Shown: piece after piece, positions 32,445 through 39,122 of the stretch
Numbering within the stretch: position 1 is the first letter of the stretch
Layout of the letters: every line of letters starts with the position of its first letter
IMG/VR virus record: IMGVR_UViG_3300034069_000986
Span: 1 to 39,348 of that record
DNA length: 39,348 nucleotides
Direction: 5' to 3' (one strand)
Origin: a virus
Program-made: the position numbers and the translations under genes
Notes under the pieces: generated by a model
Database searches by the model: none
Told to the model about the DNA's origin: nothing
Seen by the model: only the letters and a program-made list of their open reading frames with translations

Positions 32445-34043
32445 TTAAACCGCGCTGAGTTTAGCCGCCCCCGTCATGGTCTTCGCGGTGTTGTCGACCT
32501 GCTGGGCTTCCTGGGCCTGCTGCTGCGCTTGTTGCTGCGCCTGCTGACGGCCCTTACGAATTTGATCGCGGTCTTGAACTTTTCGCACCATTTCTTGTGG
32601 GAAATTTTGCAAACGCGCGATCAGTTTGAACGCCGAGTCGGTGTCGACGTTGTCGTTGACGCCCGGGTCGATTGCTGCGAGAGGCGCCAGCGCCGAGAAC
32701 GTGCGCGAGATGCTGGTCATCTCGGAGAACTTCTGCGCCATCGCAACGACACTCGAGAAACGGATCTGGAGCGGCTTGTCCTTGATGCTTTCGGGCACCG
32801 GCGGGAATTCGTTCTTGCGGTCCATGATCGCGTAGACGCGCTCGACGAGCGGCACCAGGAGTTCGGACTGCTGGCGGCCGAGCATAGGGGAGAGGAACCG
32901 CAGCGCCTGCTCGGAGCGTTCGGAAACCTCCGTCGCGGTCATCTGCGGTCCCTCACGAAGTTTGAGCTGGTCGACGTAAAACGCTTCGCGGATCTTCGTG
33001 GCCTTGGCTTCGATCACCTGGGCGCCGAAGTCGATCCGTGAGTCGTTGAAGATCGGCGTGATCCGGTCCTGGCTTCCCGCGCGGTAGTAATTGATCCCGC
33101 CGGGCCGCGTGATGAGCGGCAGCACGAAGCCGTCGTCGGGAGCCTGCATCGGCGGGTCGATGACCTTCTGCGCGCCGATGATCGTGATGCGGGTCATCTC
33201 GTTGACGGTCAGCGCCTCGGGCAGAGCCTTCTCGCCGCAGCCGCGACCGTAGGACTCGCCGGTCACCTTGGTCCACCGGCCGAAGATCGCCGGGAAGTCG
33301 CGGAAGCCCTTGATCGAGAGCTCGAGCTTGTCCTTTTTCAGAATGTAGTGGCTCACGAACCTGTGGATGCCGGGCTTCTCGTCGCGCGCGGGGTAGATCG
33401 CGTGGACCACGTCGTACCGAGTCGACTTCTGAACCTCGTGGTACTCGCGCTTCACGTCATCTGGGAGACCATCTTCGCCAAATTCTTCCACCAGTCCGCG
33501 GGCATCAAGGGTGAATTCGCGGAAGATGGTGTCGATGCGGCCTTGGAAATTTTCTTGGACCGAGATTTCTTTGAGCGGACGCGACGAGAAGCGAATGACC
33601 TCTTTTTCATCCTCTTCACAAAAAATCGCTCCGTTTCCGAAGGCCACGAGGTCTAAATAATATTCGTGGATCTCGGTTTGAAAGTTTGAGTTGTTGATGC
33701 GGTCGTGCATTTTGCGGACGACCGTCTGAATCCAGAGACGCACGTCGTCCTTCGTGTCCTGCTCGACGTCGCCCGTGGTGAGCCCGAAGAAATAGTTCGT
33801 GGGGCTCGTCAACATGGAGTGGAGCGCACCCGCGAGGAGTTCGCAGGAAGTCATGGCCGTCGAGTCGTAAAGCCCGTCGTACTTGCGGTTTCCCATGAGC
33901 TGCTGGTTCTGGATGTCGTTCTTGCGCGGGATCGTGACGTCGGCGATGTGCTGCCAGAGATTTTCGAAGAGGGAGCGGTCGGTCTTCGCGCGGTTGAACA
34001 TCTGGATGACGATTTCGGGATCGAGACTCTTCGGCTTGCTCAC
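32445..34043 (-). CDS. Portal protein, T7-type head-to-tail connector (532 aa)
   Basis: Size and position fit. Contains ESYGRGCGEKALPEALTVNEM and a C-terminal Gln-rich tail (QQAQQQAQQQAQ). GTG start directly after the upstream TAA. Confidence 0.85.
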   Translation of the reverse strand: MSKPKSLDPEIVIQMFNRAKTDRSLFENLWQHIADVTIPRKNDIQNQQLMGNRKYDGLYDSTAMTSCELLAGALHSMLTSPTNYFFGLTTGDVEQDTKDDVRLWIQTVVRKMHDRINNSNFQTEIHEYYLDLVAFGNGAIFCEEDEKEVIRFSSRPLKEISVQENFQGRIDTIFREFTLDARGLVEEFGEDGLPDDVKREYHEVQKSTRYDVVHAIYPARDEKPGIHRFVSHYILKKDKLELSIKGFRDFPAIFGRWTKVTGESYGRGCGEKALPEALTVNEMTRITIIGAQKVIDPPMQAPDDGFVLPLITRPGGINYYRAGSQDRITPIFNDSRIDFGAQVIEAKATKIREAFYVDQLKLREGPQMTATEVSERSEQALRFLSPMLGRQQSELLVPLVERVYAIMDRKNEFPPVPESIKDKPLQIRFSSVVAMAQKFSEMTSISRTFSALAPLAAIDPGVNDNVDTDSAFKLIARLQNFPQEMVRKVQDRDQIRKGRQQAQQQAQQQAQEAQQVDNTAKTMTGAAKLSAV

Positions 34044-34433
34044 TTAGACCACCGCCGCGGCGCCGCCGGGCGCGGCCTGCATGCCGGGGGTGAGCTGCGC
34101 GCGGCCGGGCATGTCGTTCGCGTAGTTTTTGAGCGTCTGATTGTAGAGCCGGGCGGCGTAGATGCCTTTCCCCGCGAGGGCGTCGTTGAGCTTGTTCGAG
34201 ATGTCGGTCGAGCTCGCGTTCGAAAACATGTTCACGAGTTCGTTGCGGGTGATGTCGTCCACGTGCGTGTTCGCCATGATGTCGGAATAGAGCTGCTGCT
34301 TTTTTCCGTCCTCGAGCTGCTGCATGCCGCTCGTGACCGCGCCGTTGAACCCGCCGCCGCTCGTGCCGGACGAATTCGTACCGAAGACGGTGCCGACAGG
34401 ATCGCTCACGAAATCGCTAAACCAACTAGACAC
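34044..34433 (-). CDS. Hypothetical protein between TerL and portal (129 aa)
   Basis: GTG start 2 nt after the TerL stop. Gly/Ser-rich N-terminus. Confidence 0.5.
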   Translation of the reverse strand: MSSWFSDFVSDPVGTVFGTNSSGTSGGGFNGAVTSGMQQLEDGKKQQLYSDIMANTHVDDITRNELVNMFSNASSTDISNKLNDALAGKGIYAARLYNQTLKNYANDMPGRAQLTPGMQAAPGGAAAVV

Positions 34434-34435
34434 GT

Positions 34436-35779
34436 TTACCCCCGACCAAACACGTTGTATTCCGAATCAGCTTGACGCGGCAGATTCCTTTTGTCCAGCC
34501 GGTCCTTCGCGGGCCGCATCGCCATGCCCCCGAGCATGAACGCCGATGCGCCGTGCGACGCCCAGTTGTGGAGCGGCTGATCGGTGAAGATCTTGTTTTT
34601 GCCGTCCCATTTCCGCTGGTAGTTCTTGAGCGCGTCGAGCCCGCGCGCGGTGTTCGCCGAATCGAAGTAGACCTTCGGCAGGAGCAGCCGCGCGGCTTCG
34701 GTCTGGTCGGCGAGCATGAACCGCGGGTGAACGATCAGCGGGGCAATCCCCATCTCGCGCGCGGAAACGCTGCGCTCTTTCCCCGTGGTCAGATCGCGCG
34801 AGCCCCCGTCGTGGGGCCAGTTGTGCATGGAGTAGTTGTACTTTTTCCGGTGTTCTGATCCGGGCAGCGTTCCTTTGAGCATGCGCGCGTAATACTCCAA
34901 ACCCTCGCCCGACATCTCGAAGTAGTCGATGACTCTCACCTCGAGGCGGTGCTGCTGGATAAACCAAATCGCCATACTGTCGCCGACGCCAAGGTCCCAG
35001 TAGGTTTCGACCTCGAGCGCAGGGTCGTGGGGCACGGAACCGACCCGGCCTTCGGCTTCGGCCGCGGCGATGAGTTTCCCGAAATAGGAGCCGGTGAGCG
35101 CCGCGGTGAAGGAGCACTCGAGTTCCTGCTCGATTTCTTCCTCCGACATCTCGGCTTTCATGGACGCTAGCTCTTCTGGAGGGATCACTCCCGTCTCGGA
35201 CGCCTTAAAAACTTGTACGAACCAACCTGCCTGTCGGTTTCGGAGTCCCATTCGGTAAACATCGTAAAAGTGATTCTGTCCTTTAGGAGTGCCGATGAAG
35301 ATGGCCCATCCCTTACGATCTGCCAGCGCCGGTCGTACCACTTGTCCCCAGATACGCGGATCCATTTCAGCGAATTCGTCGAGGATGACTCCGTCGAGAT
35401 AAATACCTCTGATTGAGTCCGGATTTTCAGCCCCCAGCAGCATAATTTTAATCCGATCAGACCGATCAGCTCGCGGAATAGTACAGGTGAGCTTCGATTC
35501 ATTGTAGGTCGCTCCTGGTATAGATTTTGTGTACCGCTTCAGCATATCCCACGCAATTCGCTCCGCTTGGCCGTAGTTCGGCGCGATGTAGGCGTACTGC
35601 GGGTCCTGGCGCGTGTTCCGGAGCGCCTGATCGTTCAGTTCGTTCACCGAGAAGACGGTTTTTCCGAATCGGCGGTGGCAGACGAGCACGTTGAACCGCT
35701 CGAGGTGGGAATGGAGGTGATCTTGGAGTGGTCTCGGCTCGTAGCCGGTCGTGATGGTCTCGGTTTTCATGGTTCCCAT
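34436..35779 (-). CDS. terL: Terminase large subunit
   Basis: Walker A CHRRFGKT and Walker B GVILDEFAEM. Nuclease-domain motifs WDLGVGDSMAIW, HDGGSRD and HNWASHGASAF. Alternative start at 35770 in an ATGA overlap with the TerS stop. Confidence 0.9.
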   Translation of the reverse strand: MGTMKTETITTGYEPRPLQDHLHSHLERFNVLVCHRRFGKTVFSVNELNDQALRNTRQDPQYAYIAPNYGQAERIAWDMLKRYTKSIPGATYNESKLTCTIPRADRSDRIKIMLLGAENPDSIRGIYLDGVILDEFAEMDPRIWGQVVRPALADRKGWAIFIGTPKGQNHFYDVYRMGLRNRQAGWFVQVFKASETGVIPPEELASMKAEMSEEEIEQELECSFTAALTGSYFGKLIAAAEAEGRVGSVPHDPALEVETYWDLGVGDSMAIWFIQQHRLEVRVIDYFEMSGEGLEYYARMLKGTLPGSEHRKKYNYSMHNWPHDGGSRDLTTGKERSVSAREMGIAPLIVHPRFMLADQTEAARLLLPKVYFDSANTARGLDALKNYQRKWDGKNKIFTDQPLHNWASHGASAFMLGGMAMRPAKDRLDKRNLPRQADSEYNVFGRG

Positions 35780-36537
35780 TCTGCGGCGGCGGGTTCGGGC
35801 GACTCCAGGGCGGGGGAAACGTCGCGCGCGGCCGGAACGGGGACGTCTGTGCGCTTTTCGCGGTTGATTCCGGTCGAAATCGTGAAGACGACGGGCTGAT
35901 TCTTGTCACCAACAACTTTTGTTTGGTTCCCGAACTCCTCCGGGTCGCCTTTTTCGGCCGCCCACTTGAGCGTGTCGATCCGGAGCTTGTCGGCCTTCGA
36001 GTTTTCTTCCGTGGCGACGGCTGAACGCTCGAGCGCCTGGTCGTGGAACGCTTCGGCGCGGTCTTTCCGGGCCATCTTGAGGGCTTCTTTGAAGTCGGCG
36101 TTCTCGCGGCGCCACTTGCAGACCGTCGAGTACCGGAGCCCGAGCTCTTCGCACGCGCGGAGCAGCGGGGTTCCGGTCACAATCTTCTCGCAGATGAGGT
36201 CGGTCATGACTTTCGAGAACGGGAAGTCGCGCTTCAGGCGGATTTTGTCGATGGGAAGCCCGCGCTCGATCCAGACGGGGCCATCGGGCGTCGTGATCTC
36301 GACGAGGTCGTCCCATTTGTTCTCGAGGATGTCGCGGTAGCTCTTCTGCACGGCCACGGTGCGCCCCGACACCAGGTCGATCAGCTCGACGAGGCCCTGG
36401 CTGTTCACGCGGGCGTAGGTCGCAGGAACCTGCGGTTTACGGGCCTGGACGGGCGTTCGCGGCGTGTCATCGCCGGAAAGTGAACCTGGCTTCAGGGGTA
36501 CCGCATCTGGCGGCAAATCGGGGTCTTGGTCGGCCAT
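35767..36537 (-). CDS. terS: Terminase small subunit-like HTH protein (256 aa)
   Basis: C-terminal half LICEKIVTGTPLLRACEELGLRYSTVCKWRRENADFKEALKMARKDRAEAF...KADKLRIDTLKWAAEKGDPEEFG is the common TerS HTH pattern. Start taken at ATG 36537; the longer ORF to 37032 would cross the divergent promoter region. Confidence 0.65.
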   Translation of the reverse strand: MADQDPDLPPDAVPLKPGSLSGDDTPRTPVQARKPQVPATYARVNSQGLVELIDLVSGRTVAVQKSYRDILENKWDDLVEITTPDGPVWIERGLPIDKIRLKRDFPFSKVMTDLICEKIVTGTPLLRACEELGLRYSTVCKWRRENADFKEALKMARKDRAEAFHDQALERSAVATEENSKADKLRIDTLKWAAEKGDPEEFGNQTKVVGDKNQPVVFTISTGINREKRTDVPVPAARDVSPALESPEPAAAEWEP

Positions 36538-36598
36538 GAATAAATTATGCGAGTTGCGCGGTGCGTCGTCTAGAGGAAAGTTCCGCGTGGGTTGGAGC

Positions 36599-36647
36599 GG
36601 GGAGGGCATTTTCGCGGGCGGGCGGGGGATTCTTGGGGGGTGGGGGG
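36599..36647 (+). other. G-tract cluster (G4-forming motif) in the divergent intergenic region
   Basis: GGGGAGGG...GGGCGGGCGGGGGATTCTTGGGGGGTGGGGGG: seven G runs of 3 or more within 49 nt on the plus strand. Confidence 0.6.
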
Positions 36648-36790
36648 TGCCTGTGACCCAATTTGCGGCCCTGGCTAAATGTTCGCCACCATCCCGGGCA
36701 TCGGGCACCAGGGTAGGTGGGCACAAATTGCAGTACACCCACCAATAGTTCGACAGCGTATATCGTTTCCTATTGACTAGATCTAACATA

Positions 36791-36802
36791 ACCGATATCG
36801 GT
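36791..36802. promoter_or_regulatory. 12-bp perfect palindrome ACCGATATCGGT (operator candidate, site 1)
   Basis: Identical to 38339-38350. Sits immediately upstream of an extended -10 element. Confidence 0.6.
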
Positions 36803-36804
36803 CT

Positions 36805-36813
36805 TGGTATGCT
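36805..36813 (+). promoter_or_regulatory. Extended -10 promoter element TGgTATGCT for the 36874 gene
   Basis: TG-n-TATGCT lies about 60 nt upstream of ATG 36874. The -35 is poor. A TTGACT hexamer is also present at 36773-36778. Confidence 0.4.
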
Positions 36814-36873
36814 CAGTGCAATAGTGTCCAGTATCCGATGCGCAATTAAGCGCACGGTAACTAGGAGTTCCAT

Positions 36874-37104
36874 ATGAAACAATTCATCCTCGGGTTCGTC
36901 GTCGCCGCTGGCACGTCGTCCTTCGCCGCCGGACAGTACAAACTGTTCTACGCGAACAGCTCGGGCAAGCAGATGAACGCACAAGAAGCCCTGTTGGCCG
37001 CGGCCAAGGGCGAGACGGTGTTCAAGTGCCAAACGACCGAACTGGGTGTCTCGAAGTCGGGCACCAGCATCAGCCTCAAGGCGACCAAGAAACCTAAGCA
37101 GTAA
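36874..37104 (+). CDS. Small secreted protein (76 aa)
   Basis: RBS TAGGAG lies 7 nt upstream. Signal peptide MKQFILGFVVAAGTSSFA. Followed by a strong terminator. Confidence 0.65.
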   Translation: MKQFILGFVVAAGTSSFAAGQYKLFYANSSGKQMNAQEALLAAAKGETVFKCQTTELGVSKSGTSISLKATKKPKQ

Positions 37105-37119
37105 TTTTGCATCCTAGTT

Positions 37120-37154
37120 GGGCACCGCTCACGAACGAGCGGTGCCCTTTTTTT
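37120..37154 (+). terminator. Rho-independent terminator
   Basis: 11-bp stem GGGCACCGCTC / GAGCGGTGCCC, loop ACGAAC, then T7. Confidence 0.85.
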
Positions 37155-37184
37155 GACCAAAATTTTTTTGTAAGGATTATAAAC

Positions 37185-37484
37185 ATGATTACTTTACTAG
37201 CAGCGTTAATCGTTCAGGCCCACGCGATCAAACCGGACCCCGATCACGAGATCTGTTTCTACTACAGCCGAGGCGACTACAGCCAGGTTGAGGCGAAACA
37301 ATACCTCAAGGACGCAAAGATCAACATGGACCTGAAGTCATTCTGCAAGATCACGCCGAAGGACGAAGTGTACATCGAAGAACAGCAGCAGTGCGCCCAC
37401 GGCGAGTGCCCGAAGTGGAATCCGAAGGACATCGAAACTAAGAAACCGGCGGACATCATCCGCCAGATGCGAGGTGAAAAATGA
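37185..37484 (+). CDS. Small secreted 4-Cys protein (99 aa)
   Basis: RBS AAGGA lies 8 nt upstream. Signal peptide MITLLAALIVQAHA. Four Cys in the mature part. Confidence 0.6.
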   Translation: MITLLAALIVQAHAIKPDPDHEICFYYSRGDYSQVEAKQYLKDAKINMDLKSFCKITPKDEVYIEEQQQCAHGECPKWNPKDIETKKPADIIRQMRGEK

Positions 37485-37747
37485 GACTAGCATTCAAGTC
37501 AATAGTGTTCGCGACCGCGCTGTATACGTGCCACCTGTTCGGCTTCGGCGTGGCCCACGCGGACAGCGCCCGGTGCGAGGCGTGGCGGGACCAACTCAAC
37601 GAGTTTTCGGTGATGATCGACGAGGGTGAGGCGGGGATGGAGTCAATCGGCGAAACCCTCGCCGAGTTGCACGCCACGCGCGCGAAACACCCCGAGGTTG
37701 ACCAGTGCGACGTGGACGACGAACTCCAGTCGGGCGAGGTCGAGTGA
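37481..37747 (+). CDS. Small secreted acidic protein (88 aa)
   Basis: ATGA overlap with the upstream stop. Signal peptide ending GFGVAHA. The mature part is acidic with two Cys. Confidence 0.6.
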   Translation: MRLAFKSIVFATALYTCHLFGFGVAHADSARCEAWRDQLNEFSVMIDEGEAGMESIGETLAELHATRAKHPEVDQCDVDDELQSGEVE

Positions 37748-37974
37748 TGGCCCCGGTGTTCTGGTTGATGGGATTGTTTCACGCGCACCATCGACCACAC
37801 ACCGGCATTGAGGTTGCTCAAACCCTCGCCGTCCAGTGCTCCACCTACCAGGTGGCGTGGGACGGCGGGGACCAGGGCCTCATGGACCGGATGCGTGCCG
37901 AGGCGACCGCTTTACTGAAAGCCAACCGCCTCAAGGACCTCGAGTTTCCGACGATCTGCCCGGGTGGACAATGA
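37747..37974 (+). CDS. Hypothetical small protein (75 aa)
   Basis: TGATG overlap with the upstream stop. Short hydrophobic N-terminus (MAPVFWLMGLF), unclear as a signal peptide. Confidence 0.45.
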   Translation: MAPVFWLMGLFHAHHRPHTGIEVAQTLAVQCSTYQVAWDGGDQGLMDRMRAEATALLKANRLKDLEFPTICPGGQ

Positions 37975-38204
37975 AACTCGCGCTGATCTTACTCGCCGGC
38001 GCTCTAACTTTATTCCTCATGATCGGATGCGCGGCTCACCCGTTTCGGTGGGCCGCCGAGCCTCAAGGTGCCGAAGGGTGGGAAAATCACTTCCGAGCTC
38101 ACCCGGAAGAGTGCATGCCGCTCGACCGAGCGCAGTGCATCCAACAGGACCTCGGCACGGATATGTGCATGGCCCTGATCTACGGATGCCAGGCACCTAA
38201 GTAA
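37971..38204 (+). CDS. Small Cys-rich lipoprotein (77 aa)
   Basis: ATGA overlap with the upstream stop. MKLALILLAGALTLFLMIGC has a near-canonical lipobox (M-I-G-C). Four further Cys in the mature part. Confidence 0.65.
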   Translation: MKLALILLAGALTLFLMIGCAAHPFRWAAEPQGAEGWENHFRAHPEECMPLDRAQCIQQDLGTDMCMALIYGCQAPK

Positions 38205-38210
38205 CGTCGC

Positions 38211-38243
38211 GCCCGGGTGTGCAATGCACCCGGGCATTTTTTT
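38211..38243 (+). terminator. Rho-independent terminator
   Basis: 9-bp stem GCCCGGGTG / CACCCGGGC, 7-nt loop, then ATTTTTTT. Confidence 0.8.
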
Positions 38244-38331
38244 ACTCGCATCCCCGATGTCAAAGAACGACGGACGCCAGCGGACTAGGGACCGCGTGCG
38301 TCAACGCATTCGTACGTCGGCACGAATATTA

Positions 38332-38360
38332 TTGCAAGACCGATATCGGTGCCGTATAAA
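38332..38360 (+). promoter_or_regulatory. Sigma70-type promoter TTGCAA-17-TATAAA
   Basis: -35 at 38332-38337, an exact 17-nt spacer, -10 at 38355-38360. The spacer contains the 12-bp palindrome. Confidence 0.65.
38339..38350. promoter_or_regulatory. 12-bp perfect palindrome ACCGATATCGGT (operator candidate, site 2)
   Basis: Identical to 36791-36802. Lies inside the promoter spacer. Confidence 0.6.
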
Positions 38361-38456
38361 TTTTCATGCCTATTTTCTGGCACCATAAATCTTTTCTGTA
38401 TGTAAACAAATTAGCCATGCCAACCTTTTTTCACGATCCCGTGGATCCGCGCTTTT

Positions 38457-38471
38457 GTCCGCACGGCCCGG
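38457..38471 (+). repeat. 15-nt direct repeat GTCCGCACGGCCCGG, copy 1
   Basis: Exact second copy at 38559-38573 (102-nt offset). The flanking CGCTT also recurs. Confidence 0.85.
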
Positions 38472-38558
38472 GTCGGCCAGGAATCTTTGGCAAATTGACG
38501 CGGCACGCAGATTGCCGGGGCTCTAGGACCTCCGGAGGCGGCTTCAGTGGCCCGCTTG

Positions 38559-38573
38559 GTCCGCACGGCCCGG
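38559..38573 (+). repeat. 15-nt direct repeat GTCCGCACGGCCCGG, copy 2
   Basis: Exact copy of 38457-38471. Confidence 0.85.
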
Positions 38574-38673
38574 CTTTGGCTGTCCCGAGGTCCCCAGGGA
38601 GCTGGGCCGCACCGCGTCCAGGAATAATTTGAGCCGCCGACTCCAGGGAGGGCAGGACGCCCGGATCCAATCG

Positions 38674-39020
38674 GTGTCAGGGATCCCACCCCCCTTCCCA
38701 ATTCTTCTGGCTTTTTTTAGCACATGCTTAAATATTAGGCATTCAACTTTAGGATCTCCATCTATACTACTTTTTGCCCTGGGAGCCCTGACACAATGAC
38801 TAAGTATTATGTAATTACTGGGGATTCGGTGCCAGGGCATGGCCGCGTCACGCCCCGACACGTCAGGGCAAATGCCCCGACACTCAACCAATCGTGTAGA
38901 CATTTTCTAACGCACCGCTGCAATGACACAACGCCATAATGAGAACAGTTCCCGAAGTCACGCCTCGTCAACCCTGGGATTTACCTGCCCTGACACGTGT
39001 TTTGAACATTGCCCTGGCAC
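38674..39020. repeat. Iteron-like cluster of the motif (T)GCCCYGRCAC, at least 7 copies in both orientations
   Basis: Direct copies at 38785-38794, 38852-38861, 38874-38883, 38987-38996 and 39011-39020. Inverted copies at 38674-38683 and 38829-38838. A partial inverted copy at 38860-38869. Confidence 0.75.
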
Positions 39021-39030
39021 CACTTTTCTC

Positions 39031-39059
39031 TTGCCAAAGTGATAGCGGTTTTGTATCCA
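39031..39059 (+). promoter_or_regulatory. Candidate sigma70 promoter TTGCCA-17-TATCCA for the early operon
   Basis: Hexamers with an exact 17-nt spacer, about 45-65 nt upstream of the first early ATGs (39102/39123). Confidence 0.4.
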
Positions 39060-39122
39060 TTCAATTGGGCCAGCAACCGCCGAACTAAATCGACGCTTGA
39101 CATGCCTCAAAGGGTACGACCA

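Larger units (their letters stand above)
38205..39101. other. ORF-poor control region (~0.9 kb); candidate replication origin and/or noncoding RNA locus
   Basis: No ORF here shows the third-position GC bias of the phage genes. It contains a promoter, palindromes, direct repeats and alternating AT-rich (33-40% GC by hand count) and GC-rich (67-72%) blocks. Confidence 0.6.

Noticed and set aside
36538-37032. N-terminal extension of the TerS ORF to 37032 (the 421-aa version).
   Set aside because: It would run through the G-tract and promoter region and overlap the well-supported divergent gene at 36874. The extension is Pro/Arg-rich with no motif. The TerS-like sequence lies entirely downstream of ATG 36537.
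37153-37183. A promoter-like TTGACC-17-ATTATA overlapping the T-run of the first terminator.
   Set aside because: The -10 ends only 3-4 nt before ATG 37185, so a transcript from it would start within or after the start codon and would lack the AAGGA RBS. Expression of genes 2-5 by terminator read-through is more plausible.
38457-38573. The possibility that the 15-nt direct repeats are a mini-CRISPR array or a solitary CRISPR-repeat (RNA anti-CRISPR) unit.
   Set aside because: There are only two copies. The period is 102 nt rather than about 60-70 nt. The repeat is short (15-24 nt) and has no repeat-like hairpin that I could see.
38366-38903. ORFs inside the control region: 38366-38632 (+, 88 aa), 38411-38701 (-, 96 aa), 38431-38670 (-) and 38544-38903 (-, 119 aa).
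   Set aside because: There is no third-position GC enrichment (about 57% in the 88-aa ORF, against clearly higher values in real genes). The 119-aa ORF uses codons rare elsewhere (ATA, CTA, AGA, AGG, TTA). The products are Pro/Gly/Arg-rich. Repeated peptides simply mirror the DNA repeats, and there are no RBSs. They are treated as noncoding, though a leaderless 88-aa ORF cannot be fully excluded.
38205-39101. A tRNA or tmRNA gene in the long noncoding region.
   Set aside because: I could not find a GTTCRANYC T-loop with flanking 5-bp stems or a 7-bp acceptor pairing. The TTCAGTG at 38543 lacks complementary arms.
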